A stretch of DNA of 34,381 nt from a virus (IMGVR_UViG_3300022187_000109:1-34381), one strand, 5' to 3'; shown: positions 16,480-26,903, counted from the stretch's first letter. A program made the numbers and translations. Notes: generated from the sequence alone by a model not told the origin.

Positions 16480-16643
16480 GGCTCTAAGCCTTTTAATTCC
16501 GCATCAATCTTATCGCGAATGGCTTTGAGGTATTTAACACGAGCAGCATTTTGCTCTTTCTTTATTTCCTGAATTACAGCTTCACTAACAACCATAACGG
16601 GGCTGCGGCTGTAGAAGTTCAGGATATCAGTCAAACCGTACAT
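16458..16643 (-). CDS. Small hypothetical protein with its own promoter (61 aa)
   Basis: ORF track 16458..16655; GGAGAG RBS favours the MYGLTD start at 16643; AAC-rich leader. Confidence 0.65.
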   Translation of the reverse strand: MYGLTDILNFYSRSPVMVVSEAVIQEIKKEQNAARVKYLKAIRDKIDAELKGLEPKEEEAA

Positions 16644-16678
16644 GATTCTCTCCATTGGTTTGTTGTTGGTTTTGTTGC

Positions 16679-16707
16679 CATATGGGAGTTCGCGAACCGT
16701 TTGTCAA
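16679..16707 (-). promoter_or_regulatory. sigma70-type promoter containing GTTCGCGAAC in its spacer
   Basis: Minus TTGACA(16707-16702)-17 bp-CATATG(16684-16679); palindrome at 16688-16697. Confidence 0.55.
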
Positions 16708-16868
16708 CCCTTTTTGTGTGTTTCTTGCACAGTAAATCTAGCCCGTAAACTAGACCCCTTGTGACGCTTATAGCCGTCCTTGGGGTTTTTCATTAGCTGG
16801 TATCCACTGCCCTTCTTCATCCAGTGATAGCCTTTGGGTGCCGGAACGGTTTTGATTTTAGTAGCCAT
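16704..16868 (-). CDS. Small basic protein (54 aa, MATKIKTVPAPKGYHWMKK...)
   Basis: Read manually; overlaps the upstream ORF stop; open to TGA at 16704. Confidence 0.65.
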   Translation of the reverse strand: MATKIKTVPAPKGYHWMKKGSGYQLMKNPKDGYKRHKGSSLRARFTVQETHKKG

Positions 16869-17049
16869 TCTTCTTCTTGGCCTTTCCGCCGTACATCATA
16901 CCCACCACCTTTTTGTCTACAGGGGGTTGCATACCCGTCTGTTCGCGGGGTTGCATTGGGTTGAACATGGTCGTCATGCTTGTCTCTGGGTTCATAGGGC
17001 TGCGAACCATTGAGCCATAGGCATAGCCCTTGCGTTTCATGTTTTTCAT
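16858..17049 (-). CDS. Small basic Met-rich protein
   Basis: ORF track; ATGA overlap with the 1603-aa gene; GGAG RBS. Confidence 0.65.
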   Translation of the reverse strand: MKNMKRKGYAYGSMVRSPMNPETSMTTMFNPMQPREQTGMQPPVDKKVVGMMYGGKAKKKNGY

Positions 17050-20000
17050 TGTGCCATCTCCTGAATAGCTTTTCCAGTATCAACTGCCATTTCTTTGGCA
17101 ACACCCATAAATTGCTTTGTTCTTTTTACAACTGCTTCTCCAACTACTGGAACAGCCGTCTCTATCACCTCTTCTATGGGCATCTCTTCGCCCGTCATCA
17201 TCATTTCTTGACCTTGCATAGCCAGTTCAGTGAACAGGTAATTCTCTGCAATCTGTTCGAACTTTGAAAACTCTTGGGTGGTCATTAAGTTTGGATTCGC
17301 AATCATCTTGTGCAAGATAATAGCAGCTTCCTTGTCTTGAACTGCCAGCTTCATCAAGCTAATCTGTCCTGCCTTTGCTGCAGTAATCATGTATTCTGTA
17401 GCAATGTAAACAGGGCTGACGAACCCCTTGACGCCGTTCCACAAACGGCTAACTACACCGGCTTCTGTAATGCCTTTGTAGTCGTTCGTCTGTGTAGATG
17501 CGCGAACAACGTGGGTGCTTTCATTCATAACCCGCAGCATGTCCTCTAAGAAAAGGGTGGCATCTTCACCTAGCAGGTCATCCATAGCTTTACGGGTAGC
17601 AGGGTCTTCCATAGCAAGCAAAGCATTCTCTGGAGACTGTATTTGTTTGGCTACAAGTTTACCTTCGTCACCTGCTTCACGAATAACCTTACCACCTACA
17701 GCCTGTACACCTGCCAGTTCGTAAATTCCCTGAATTGTATATATAGTAGCAATCTTCTGGAAATCTTCTACGGCTGCTTTCGGGTCTTTACCCGCAGCTT
17801 TTGCTGTTTGTGTAACAGCGTTCTTGAGCATCTGGATGCCACCACCCTCACCTGAAAGGATGTAGCGGTCTACAAAGTCTTTTGCACTCAGGTCACCAGC
17901 AATGTTTTCTAGAAGCTTGGCACCCTCTAGTTCGCGGCGTTCCAACTCTTTGATTTGCTCTGTGCTTGTTTTTTTATAAGCCTTGAACCTATCCTTCAAG
18001 CCATCGTACGCTTTGCGAACCAGCGGCTGTTCTTTTATAGCCCGCTGTAAAGACATAGACGCATCTACAGCATCCATCATGTCTACGATAGGCTCTCTGA
18101 CTATTTTGCCGTCTCCATAATCTATAGGAATTGTCATAGCCTCCATAGTCTTATCCATGTCTTGCATGAACTCATAGCCGCTTTGTCCAGCAAGCGCAGT
18201 TGGGCGTGTCTTAGATTTTACCTTTTTATACTTATCAAAAAAGTCGCGGCCCATCTTGGAATACAGAACTTCCCGCATTACATCCCTGAACTGTTCTAAT
18301 TTTTGGGCACCTTCTGGTGTGGAAGCGTCGAACACATACTTACCATTCTTGTATGTACCGTAGGAATAAACAAGTTTTTCAACAGCGTTTTGTAGGTCTG
18401 CAGGCCGACCTTTTGCTCCCGGCATCATAACATCCGACACTGCCTTACCAAACTCATCGAACATTTGAATAGGTTCGAACTTGTCGCGGTAGATATTCCG
18501 AAGAGACATGCCACCCTTTTCACCCGCAAGAGTGGCGGGTAGTCTACGCTCACGCATACTGAACAGCTTGTCCAAATACATTGTAGGAGTGGTTGGAACG
18601 CCCACGATAGCCTCGTATTCTTTACGAGCAGCAGATATCTTTTCGGACCATTGGGGGTTTGCCTCTTCCACAAAAACATCTAACTTGTCAGCAAAGTTAC
18701 CAAACTGATATGCAAGGTCAGACTTTCCTTCTTTTGCGTAGCTATCTGCTGTTCTCTTAAACGCACGACGCATCAACTCAAGGTCGTAGGGGTTCGCAAC
18801 TTTGAACGGGTTAAAATCTGGGTTCCGTTCCATCATTGCAATGGCAAGGTCTAGGTCGTCAGATTTTCGGATGCGGTCAATTTCTCTACCAGAAGCCTTA
18901 CTTTTAATAGCCTTGTTTAAAAGCTGGTTGCGCATGTCCGCCATGTCTGTTGCACTAAAGCTGCTGTGCAGGATGTTCTCGAACGCTTCCCGCGCCTTTT
19001 CACCCGCGCTTCCAAAAAATAGTTCGGATTCAGGACCTAAGAAACGTCTGATACCATCAATGCCGCGACCCGCAGCAAGTTCTTGAACCAATGGTTTTAT
19101 ATCCAATGGGTCTATAGTTTCGGCAAATTTCCGTGCGTCATCATATATTGCATCGCCTTTTGCCCGGATGCTTGCATCATGCCCAAGATTAAAAGTCTCA
19201 ATGAGCTTGTTTACGGACTCTGTGTGGCCTGTTTGGTTACGCAACCGTTTAGCAGATTTCAATGCCCCGTCGATGCGGTTGTTAATTGACTTGTCCATCG
19301 ACTTAACAAGAAGGTTCTTGTCCAGAATCTCACCAAGAGAATCTGTGAGGGCACCGCGATAGCTAATCAGGGACGCGATAGTACCGTCGTCTAGACCGTT
19401 ATCCCCAAAGTTGATGATGTAATCTTGTAGGTTATCTAGGCTCTTTAAACGCTGTTGGCGAGTTTCAACTATCTCATTCTTAATATTCTCCAACCCCTGC
19501 CTACGGGCACGAACCCATCCCTCTATAATCTCGCGATTCGCAACGCTGTCTATACCAGCAGTCATCCCAGTTAGCTGTTCCAAGGCATCCTCTGCCAAGG
19601 TTATCAGGTTTTGCTGGGCCTTCAAGTTCTCTTCCATATCCTTGATGTCGTATTTGCTCAAGGCTTTTAGGTCGAGGCTTTTGCTGCTGTTTAGCTGTCC
19701 TGCAGCGACCAACGTAAGGATACCAGATGTATGTTCGTAAGTGTTTATCATTAGCTCACGAGCTTTTTCCTGTTTAGCAGGAGTATCATAGCGGCTTGCA
19801 AACCGGTCAATTAGATTGAAGGTTTCGGCCTGAGAACGCAAAGCGTCGGCTCTGTCTGCAGGTTTTAGTGTTTTATAAAATTCAACGATGGTGCGAGTGT
19901 GTCTGCGCTCTACCTCGCTCATCGTGCGTCCAAGAAACTGTTCCATGTTCTCTAGGGTCTTATCAACAAGGATAGGACCGGCAACAGGAATACTTGCAAC

Positions 20001-21857
20001 CACATTGCGAATCATTGTAAAAGGCATAGCAACTTTGCCGGACAAACGACTTGCACCGGCAACAGCCCCCTTTGACCGTAAGTTGCGGGCACCGTACAGG
20101 ACAGGACGATAGCCTCCCAAACTTGCAAAGATATTACCAAATGCCTCATTTGTATCGGGGCTGTCAAACGGACCATTTTCACGAAAGACTGCTGTTACGG
20201 CAGCAATAGCCAAGCTGGTTTCGGTTGCATCTTTGGCGTAAGGCAACAGTCGTCCCGAAAGAAACGCACGGTTGCGAACCCCTGTTAGCTGTTTTAGTTC
20301 GGCTGTCAAGCGTCGTGTGTGGTCCTGCTTGGTTAGGCTAACTACACCTTTACCACTTGGAGATGGCAAGTCTACCATCTGTGAAGGGGCTTCAGGACGA
20401 TTGTTCAGGTTATCAAGCTGGTCGCGAATCTCTGCGATACGGGTATTCACACTGCGAAGTTCACTGTTGGTTCTATACTGTGCAAGCCCAGCGTCAAAGA
20501 AACGGTCAGCCTTGAACCGTTTATCATACTGAACCAAAGTTTGTTGAATAGTTTCAGGGTCCGTAATTCCTTGAAGAAGGTTTTTGTATTTGGGAGACTG
20601 TGCTGCCCGTTGCATAGATTTTATTCTTTGGGCACCGCCTACAATACTAGCCCCTCCTGTAAGAAGACCATAGAAGCCTTCTTCTCCGCCAAGAACACTA
20701 AACTTTTCCCAGTTGTTCAGGGAATTAAAGGTCAAGTCATTTATGTTGTACGCCGCATCTTCGGTAATAAAGTCTTTCTTTATCTTGTTGCCTTTGTCAT
20801 CAACAAGGAACTGACCTGTTTGGTCTTTTTCAAAAGCGAGGTTGTCATACTGTTCGCCCTCGAACTTTTCTTCTAGGATACCGTGGATAGATTCGTTGTA
20901 ATACTGAGCCAAGGTAGCAGCAGGAACATTATCACGAACCCAACCCTCAAAATCAATGTAGTTCTTACGAAATTTTTCAGACTGTACTGCGTATTCGGCA
21001 TTGAACGCATCGGTTCCCGGAAGCGAACCGGACTCCATAATAGATGCAATTACAGGATTAGTTGGGGATTCGGGAACTTTTCCCGGAGTAGACGGAACCC
21101 CCATCATCATAATCAAGAAGTCAGGAATCTGTGTTCCCGTGAACCTGCCTGCTTCAGCTAAACGCTGAGCTACTTGTTGAGACACACTGAAATCTATGTT
21201 TTCGACAACAATCTGACTAATTTCATCTGATACATTTTGTTTTTTTAATTCCCTTGCGATACCCTTGCGTCCAGTGTAGTTGCGCAACATCTTTGAATAG
21301 AGTTCAGGATAATTCTGTGCCTTTGCAAAATCGAACTCGCGGGCTGCTGTTTCCATAGGAAGCACAGGACCTTCTTTAGAGGCAGGGGCAGCACCGGATA
21401 CGCCATACAAAGTTTCTAGATTTAAAATTAGGGTATCATCACCCTGCAGTTCACCCGTCTGTTCGTTAACTGTAATGTCTGCCACAACTTCTGGGGTAAT
21501 AAGAATATCACCCAACATGTCATCAGTGCCAGTTGTTTGAATGTTCTTAACCCAGTTCGCAAAACTTGGACGAGTAGCTGCAGTTTCTTTTCGCTGGGCT
21601 ACATCTTCCATTTCTATTTGCGTTACGGTTTTTGCAGCAGGGGGTGCGACTTCTGTTTCAGAAGGCATAGCCATAGTATTAGGCGCAACAGTAGTTCTGC
21701 GAAGTCCTGTTTTTTGGTCTACGGGCAGTTCTCCAACAGTTTTGGCTTCAGCTTCGCCGGGTGGAAGCGTTTGCGTAGCAGCTTCTTCAGCAGTTACCTG
21801 AGTTGTTTCTTCTGGAGATAGGATTACTGGAGAATCGTCTTGAGGAAGTTCAGCCAT
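17046..21857 (-). CDS. Large internal virion (ejectosome-like) protein, 1603 aa
   Basis: Very long helical ORF at the end of the structural block, positionally like T7 gp16; no catalytic motif recognised. Confidence 0.6.
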   Translation of the reverse strand: MAELPQDDSPVILSPEETTQVTAEEAATQTLPPGEAEAKTVGELPVDQKTGLRRTTVAPNTMAMPSETEVAPPAAKTVTQIEMEDVAQRKETAATRPSFANWVKNIQTTGTDDMLGDILITPEVVADITVNEQTGELQGDDTLILNLETLYGVSGAAPASKEGPVLPMETAAREFDFAKAQNYPELYSKMLRNYTGRKGIARELKKQNVSDEISQIVVENIDFSVSQQVAQRLAEAGRFTGTQIPDFLIMMMGVPSTPGKVPESPTNPVIASIMESGSLPGTDAFNAEYAVQSEKFRKNYIDFEGWVRDNVPAATLAQYYNESIHGILEEKFEGEQYDNLAFEKDQTGQFLVDDKGNKIKKDFITEDAAYNINDLTFNSLNNWEKFSVLGGEEGFYGLLTGGASIVGGAQRIKSMQRAAQSPKYKNLLQGITDPETIQQTLVQYDKRFKADRFFDAGLAQYRTNSELRSVNTRIAEIRDQLDNLNNRPEAPSQMVDLPSPSGKGVVSLTKQDHTRRLTAELKQLTGVRNRAFLSGRLLPYAKDATETSLAIAAVTAVFRENGPFDSPDTNEAFGNIFASLGGYRPVLYGARNLRSKGAVAGASRLSGKVAMPFTMIRNVVASIPVAGPILVDKTLENMEQFLGRTMSEVERRHTRTIVEFYKTLKPADRADALRSQAETFNLIDRFASRYDTPAKQEKARELMINTYEHTSGILTLVAAGQLNSSKSLDLKALSKYDIKDMEENLKAQQNLITLAEDALEQLTGMTAGIDSVANREIIEGWVRARRQGLENIKNEIVETRQQRLKSLDNLQDYIINFGDNGLDDGTIASLISYRGALTDSLGEILDKNLLVKSMDKSINNRIDGALKSAKRLRNQTGHTESVNKLIETFNLGHDASIRAKGDAIYDDARKFAETIDPLDIKPLVQELAAGRGIDGIRRFLGPESELFFGSAGEKAREAFENILHSSFSATDMADMRNQLLNKAIKSKASGREIDRIRKSDDLDLAIAMMERNPDFNPFKVANPYDLELMRRAFKRTADSYAKEGKSDLAYQFGNFADKLDVFVEEANPQWSEKISAARKEYEAIVGVPTTPTMYLDKLFSMRERRLPATLAGEKGGMSLRNIYRDKFEPIQMFDEFGKAVSDVMMPGAKGRPADLQNAVEKLVYSYGTYKNGKYVFDASTPEGAQKLEQFRDVMREVLYSKMGRDFFDKYKKVKSKTRPTALAGQSGYEFMQDMDKTMEAMTIPIDYGDGKIVREPIVDMMDAVDASMSLQRAIKEQPLVRKAYDGLKDRFKAYKKTSTEQIKELERRELEGAKLLENIAGDLSAKDFVDRYILSGEGGGIQMLKNAVTQTAKAAGKDPKAAVEDFQKIATIYTIQGIYELAGVQAVGGKVIREAGDEGKLVAKQIQSPENALLAMEDPATRKAMDDLLGEDATLFLEDMLRVMNESTHVVRASTQTNDYKGITEAGVVSRLWNGVKGFVSPVYIATEYMITAAKAGQISLMKLAVQDKEAAIILHKMIANPNLMTTQEFSKFEQIAENYLFTELAMQGQEMMMTGEEMPIEEVIETAVPVVGEAVVKRTKQFMGVAKEMAVDTGKAIQEMAQ

Positions 21858-23929
21858 TATTGGTTCCTTTTCCTTCTTTGTTCGCGGAGCAGTCTATTTT
21901 CATTAGCGTCTGCAGGAATAAGTCCGTCAGGAGTTTCAACATACCATCCTAAAGGTGGATTGCCGGGTCTTCCTGCGCTAAACACCATATTCTTAGTACC
22001 TTGTCCTTCAACGGTAAGGGTATCTGTTATTGTTGGTTTGAACCCTTCGGGAACCGGAACAACTTGCGGACTTTTTAGAACATCAGCATCAACGTCCGCT
22101 GGGGCACCTTCCTTCTTGATTTCAGGAAGCGGTGGAACAATACCACGGGCAGACAACGCCCTTTGATTTTTCATCGTTTCGCGAACCTTTTGAACACGAG
22201 TAAATGCAATAAGCATCTTGCGGTCCTGAATGTCAATATTGTCCTTGTTGACAAGTTCAGCAAGAGGCTGCATGTCAGCTCTTTTCTTAACCAAAACATT
22301 CAAGGTTTCTTGCAAACCAGCAAGCTGTCTGGTTTTCGAACTGCCAAGGAAACCAGCATCACCCAAAAGTTTGAGAGCGTTGTCAAAGTCTTGGTTCGAC
22401 AAGCGGCCTGATGGGTCGGCAGCACGGGCAAGCTTCATGGCTAGGTTGATGCGAAGCGTTTGTACCCTACCCAGAGTTCCCTCTAGGCTATAGCCATTTG
22501 CAAGAGCAATGCGACGCAGCGAATCCGCTGTGGTTGCCTCTCCCAAAGATATACCTTCTTTCAAATTAGTGGTGAAGCTTTCGGTGCCCTCTATCTTTTC
22601 AGTAAACCCGAATATTTGGTCGATTGTACCGCCTTCAGATATGAGACCGCTAATACCGGACTGGATTGACCGAACAATGCCGGAAGTCGTATCAAGTTCA
22701 GCTTCATACTGGAACAGACGCTCCATCAAATCCGCTGCATCTTTAGTGGCACTATAGGTGCTTGTGATTTCAGACGGCTTGTGGCCTTTGCTCGTAAGAA
22801 ATTCTGAACCAGAAGGTTGGGCACTTTCGAGACCCATATCTGGTTCTTTTTCAATTTCCACATGTGGATACATTGCGCGAACCTGTGCGCCCACATTACC
22901 AATATAAAAGTTCTTTTCGTTTTCTCCGCCAACCCGTTCCAAAACTGTACCCATTCCAATTACATCGTTGATTGGAGTTGCGAAAGTTCGGTCTAGGCTT
23001 TCAGGGCGATAAGGTGCAAGGTATGAGGCGTTAATCATACTTTCAACCTGTGTCTGGGGGTTTTTAGACATGGTTCGCGAACTGACAAAGTTACTGTCGA
23101 GCAGCATGTGGCTTCCAGATTTGTAGCCCTGCTGAGTGGCAAAAGTGTTGACTAATTCTGCTTCAGCGTCATCTTTGAGGGGTTTTATGGTAATGGTAGA
23201 TGTGTTTGGACTGTCGGGTATAGCTACAGCTATGCTGTTCTGGGGTACACCTCTACCTTCCGTTACTCTATCTAAAGCACTGTCCAGTATGATATCACGC
23301 GAAGATACATCCGTGCCTTGATTAAAGACACTAAACAGGTCATTAAAGTATGGAACATTGTTGAAGTTTGGAATTGCACCCTTTACAATTTTGGTTCCCG
23401 GACCTGCTTCTCTAGCACTACGAGTTTCGTGAACATACGCTGTGTAGTTTATGTGGGATGAGTTTAAATAGTTTGCCCATTCTCTGCCTGCACCTTGCGG
23501 GTCTGCTTTGATGGTATTTATAACTGTTGTTCTGTTTTGAGGTTTCGACAACCAGTTGTTCAGGTTATTCATTTCTAGGTCAGGACGACCTTTTTCAAAG
23601 GTAACCCCAGAATTGTTCCAAGGAAGAGTTACGCCGCCAACTACTTTTGTTTCTTTGGCATCTTGCATCATGCTGGTTAAATCGCCAAGACCGGTTACGT
23701 CCATGCCTGCTTTCTGTAACGCAGCGTTAGCTAAAGCTGGGTTTTTTGCAGAAATACCTGCTTTAAAAACATCTAACCACGCATCCCGTGTCTTCTGCTC
23801 TGCTTCTCTATCTAGCTTTTCTCGTTCGGCAATAGCTTTGTTTTCTGCAATTTTGCCTTCTATTTTTGCGTCAAAATAGCCCTGCGCTACGGGTACTAAT
23901 TTTTGTAATACTTTACTCAACCCTTTCAT
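21857..23929 (-). CDS. Putative internal virion protein, 690 aa
   Basis: Position and coupling with neighbours; ARAADPSGRLSNQD motif. Confidence 0.55.
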   Translation of the reverse strand: MKGLSKVLQKLVPVAQGYFDAKIEGKIAENKAIAEREKLDREAEQKTRDAWLDVFKAGISAKNPALANAALQKAGMDVTGLGDLTSMMQDAKETKVVGGVTLPWNNSGVTFEKGRPDLEMNNLNNWLSKPQNRTTVINTIKADPQGAGREWANYLNSSHINYTAYVHETRSAREAGPGTKIVKGAIPNFNNVPYFNDLFSVFNQGTDVSSRDIILDSALDRVTEGRGVPQNSIAVAIPDSPNTSTITIKPLKDDAEAELVNTFATQQGYKSGSHMLLDSNFVSSRTMSKNPQTQVESMINASYLAPYRPESLDRTFATPINDVIGMGTVLERVGGENEKNFYIGNVGAQVRAMYPHVEIEKEPDMGLESAQPSGSEFLTSKGHKPSEITSTYSATKDAADLMERLFQYEAELDTTSGIVRSIQSGISGLISEGGTIDQIFGFTEKIEGTESFTTNLKEGISLGEATTADSLRRIALANGYSLEGTLGRVQTLRINLAMKLARAADPSGRLSNQDFDNALKLLGDAGFLGSSKTRQLAGLQETLNVLVKKRADMQPLAELVNKDNIDIQDRKMLIAFTRVQKVRETMKNQRALSARGIVPPLPEIKKEGAPADVDADVLKSPQVVPVPEGFKPTITDTLTVEGQGTKNMVFSAGRPGNPPLGWYVETPDGLIPADANENRLLREQRRKRNQ

Positions 23930-24459
23930 TCTTCAGGCTCCTCTTCACGCTCAGACAAAAAACCACGCTCTTCTACTGGTTCCTGACCTGCACGAATAGC
24001 TGCATTGATTGTTTCTTGCATCGCCTCGAACATTCTAGGATTGTTTTCGTAAAGCATACGCAAGAATGTCTGGTCATCAATTTCATTTTCACGACCGGCA
24101 TTGTCATTTTCGAACAGCCGGTATGGTATGCTATTTTCTTCAGCTAGGTCTGCAATATATAGCCCAAGAGGTGCTTTTATAAGCATTCCTACATCTGGGC
24201 TAAATATTCCGTCTCTAAATGAACGAAACACAAGCCCTTCTACAATAACTTCAATAGATACACCCACTAATAGAAGTTTAAACAGTTCTTGTTGTTTGCG
24301 CTCGTCATCTAGACGCTTTATCATATCATCTAAGGCTTCATTAGGGTCTGCAAACTTAGGTGGTTGACCCCAAGGCCATTGGGTATTATCTGACGTTAAA
24401 GAATGTCCGGGCGGGGCAGCCGCGAACATGTCCCCATATCTTGGGCTAACAGATGACAT
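23926..24459 (-). CDS. Conserved hypothetical structural-module protein
   Basis: PPGHSLT...WPWGQPP motif; coupled to neighbours. Confidence 0.7.
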   Translation of the reverse strand: MSSVSPRYGDMFAAAPPGHSLTSDNTQWPWGQPPKFADPNEALDDMIKRLDDERKQQELFKLLLVGVSIEVIVEGLVFRSFRDGIFSPDVGMLIKAPLGLYIADLAEENSIPYRLFENDNAGRENEIDDQTFLRMLYENNPRMFEAMQETINAAIRAGQEPVEERGFLSEREEEPEE

Positions 24460-24977
24460 TATGCTATATCCACTTCTTTAGATTCTGTTCGAACTGAGGC
24501 AGCGGGGGCTGCTGCTACACGAGATACAGTCGGAGATGGGGTTCCAAGAGTACGTCTGCCTTGCTGCACGGTTAAGTAGGTTCGCGCAATGTCGGCAGTT
24601 TGCGGATTTAAGTTTGTGCGGCTTGCAAGACGGTTCACGGCGTTACGAAAGGCTTGGTTGTTCTCTCCTACAAAACGAGGTGCAGCAGTCCGTGCTGCTG
24701 TAGTGGCACCCGGACCCTCTCCTATTTTAATAAGAAAGTCTTGAGGTTTTCTTTTCTCTTTTTCTTCGATGCCTGTGAGGTAGCTTGCCGCTAACTTGCC
24801 AGCCGGAGAACTAGAACTCAAAAAGCTGTCGCCATATCCAAATATATCGCTAATAACACCGGAGGTTCCGTAGTCTTCCCCCATCCCTTCATCAGTTCCG
24901 AACAACCAGTTTGCAACGTTTCCAATTCCGGTTTCAATACTTCCAAAAAAATTTGCAACACTATTAAAAAAATCCAT
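24459..24977 (-). CDS. Hypothetical protein, possible small internal virion protein
   Basis: GAGGTG RBS; amphipathic N-terminus. Confidence 0.6.
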   Translation of the reverse strand: MDFFNSVANFFGSIETGIGNVANWLFGTDEGMGEDYGTSGVISDIFGYGDSFLSSSSPAGKLAASYLTGIEEKEKRKPQDFLIKIGEGPGATTAARTAAPRFVGENNQAFRNAVNRLASRTNLNPQTADIARTYLTVQQGRRTLGTPSPTVSRVAAAPAASVRTESKEVDIA

Positions 24978-24990
24978 ACTTAATCACCTC

Positions 24991-26313
24991 TTATATAATT
25001 TCTAGCCATCTGCCGATGGTTTCAAGTAGCTTATCCTGCTGTTCTTGATTGTATAGTTTTTCAGCGTTGGCATATTGAAACGCAATACGGGCAAGGTCGT
25101 GTTGGCGAGTCAGTGCGCTTTCACTCTTTTGAAAGTTCCAAGCCGCATCATCGCGATACTCTTGCCACAGATTGTTCATGGCGGTCATAGTCATGTTGTA
25201 CTGGTTTTGAACATTCATGCGGTTGGTTTCGTTTTGGATAGCCGTGTTCGCAGTGTTAATTTCCCTGCGCCAAACGACATTAGATTGGTCAACCGCGAAC
25301 CGCATAGAGGCGTTGAACTTTTGACGAGAATCTTTTAGGTTCGCGTTAAACTGGCTCATTGCATTTGTTTCAGATGTATTGAACTGCCGCATAGCAGCAA
25401 CACGGTTAGCGTTCGCAGTGTCTACCTGTGCGCCTAGTTCCGCAAAGAACTCTTCTACTTGTAGTTCGTTTTTGGCGTTGAACTGACGACGGGCGTTTTC
25501 TTCAGCGGCATCCTTGAACAGCCCTTGAACCAAAGCGTTGTAGGTCAAGGTGCTTGCTTTTTGTTCGTTGTCCAAGTTTTTCAAATCAACAGAAAGCAGG
25601 GATTGTGCGTTTGTAACGGCAGCCGTCATGCGGGCATTCAAATTAGCCTTGTCCATTGCCGCGAACGTAGCAGCGTTAGCAAGGGCAGTTTGCTGCTTGT
25701 TGTTCAGGTTCGCTAACTGGATGGTTGCGTACTTGTTCGCATCTTGCTGGGCAATTGCAACCCCAGATTCCATCAGGGCCTGTGTCATGGCGGCGGCTGC
25801 CATCGAACTCGAACCAAGACCACGAGCCTGCATAACGGAACCAATTTTGCGAACCGCTGGGGCAGCCCAAGCAGGCATTGGCGCACCACTTTGCAGAGAT
25901 GCCATTAGCTGGCCTAACTGGTACTGTGTGGTAGCCCGTGGGTCTAGCTGGTCTGTTGCTGCAGTAGCAATAGCCCCTGCAGAGGGGCCAGCTTGTACAC
26001 CTGTCATATCAACGTAAGGGCCTGTGGGGGTTAGGGTTGCCGCTTGCATGGGTCCCAAACCTTGAACCCCTGTTGTGACATCTTGAATACCAGAGATTTG
26101 TCCAACCCCCGGAGCAACGCCAGTGGGGGCTGTGGTGGTTAAACCAGAGGTACTGGCAGTGGCGGTTCCGGCAGTCGGGGCTGCACCCACAGTCTTACCG
26201 GAGGTATCCATTATAGTGTCTGGAGTTTCCGAAATAAGGGTCGGGGTTACCGTCGGCATGTTCGTGGCGTTGCCAGCGGCTGCTTCTTCCATTTCTGTTA
26301 CTATGTCTACCAT
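24991..26313 (-). CDS. Putative internal virion / DNA pilot-like protein (Ala/Gln/Asn-rich)
   Basis: T/P/G-rich N-terminus, RGLGSSSMA motif, and long helical A/N/Q region with QFN repeats. Confidence 0.55.
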   Translation of the reverse strand: MVDIVTEMEEAAAGNATNMPTVTPTLISETPDTIMDTSGKTVGAAPTAGTATASTSGLTTTAPTGVAPGVGQISGIQDVTTGVQGLGPMQAATLTPTGPYVDMTGVQAGPSAGAIATAATDQLDPRATTQYQLGQLMASLQSGAPMPAWAAPAVRKIGSVMQARGLGSSSMAAAAMTQALMESGVAIAQQDANKYATIQLANLNNKQQTALANAATFAAMDKANLNARMTAAVTNAQSLLSVDLKNLDNEQKASTLTYNALVQGLFKDAAEENARRQFNAKNELQVEEFFAELGAQVDTANANRVAAMRQFNTSETNAMSQFNANLKDSRQKFNASMRFAVDQSNVVWRREINTANTAIQNETNRMNVQNQYNMTMTAMNNLWQEYRDDAAWNFQKSESALTRQHDLARIAFQYANAEKLYNQEQQDKLLETIGRWLEII

Positions 26314-26316
26314 ACC

Positions 26317-26541
26317 CTAGTCCCTTTGCAAAACCTTATCCAACTTATCCTCGACCCGATGCAAGGCTTCCATGACTTGTCGCATATCATTGCGAACATC
26401 TTCACGAGTTGCGTACTCTTCGCGTGTCTTGTTAACCAAAATACTCAAGCGTTTCTGTTCGCCGTTCTGTTCCTTTAGGAACCACGCCAGACCAGCCACG
26501 AACAGGCCGATGAGCATATCGATGAGGCTGGTCATTTCCAT
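26317..26541 (-). CDS. Small membrane-anchored coiled-coil protein
   Basis: N-terminal hydrophobic helix (LIDMLIGLFVAGLAWFL), then a coiled coil ending RVEDKLDKV. Confidence 0.65.
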   Translation of the reverse strand: MEMTSLIDMLIGLFVAGLAWFLKEQNGEQKRLSILVNKTREEYATREDVRNDMRQVMEALHRVEDKLDKVLQRD

Positions 26542-26544
26542 CGC

Positions 26545-26889
26545 TTACCAACCAGCAGGTACTTTTTGTACGATAGGTGGGTTAGCAAGGTTGTCAATCT
26601 GGGTGTCCAGATTTGCCTGTAAATCAGCTTCTGTTTTACCCAGTGAAGCAAGAACCTTTTCTTTGCACCAGTCTTTTGTGATGCTATTAAATGCTACAAA
26701 GTTATCTGGGTCTAGTTCAGGGGATGCTGTACCGTATGATGATGCGGACAGATAGTTACCCTCTGCATCTTGCTCACTGTCACTGACAGCAGTGATGCGC
26801 CAGTGAATTGTTTTGATTACGTCTGACAAGCCATCTTCAGAAGGGGCTGTGTCTAATGTTGGGAAGTCCCATGTATATGTGTTAGCCAT
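26545..26889 (-). CDS. Tail-fibre-associated hypothetical protein (possible assembly chaperone)
   Basis: Start MANTYTW after AAGGAGA; directly downstream of the tail fibre gene. Confidence 0.65.
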   Translation of the reverse strand: MANTYTWDFPTLDTAPSEDGLSDVIKTIHWRITAVSDSEQDAEGNYLSASSYGTASPELDPDNFVAFNSITKDWCKEKVLASLGKTEADLQANLDTQIDNLANPPIVQKVPAGW

Positions 26890-26903
26890 TTGTTTCTCCT
26901 TAA

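Noticed and set aside
16752-16790. T7-like terminator hairpin ACCCC...GGGGTTTTT on the plus strand
   Set aside because: The stem is interrupted, it lies inside the 54-aa minus-strand ORF, and it is well beyond the end of the plus-strand block
26317-26541. Holin
   Set aside because: It has one hydrophobic helix, but no endolysin is recognisable nearby, so it is left as a membrane-anchored hypothetical protein
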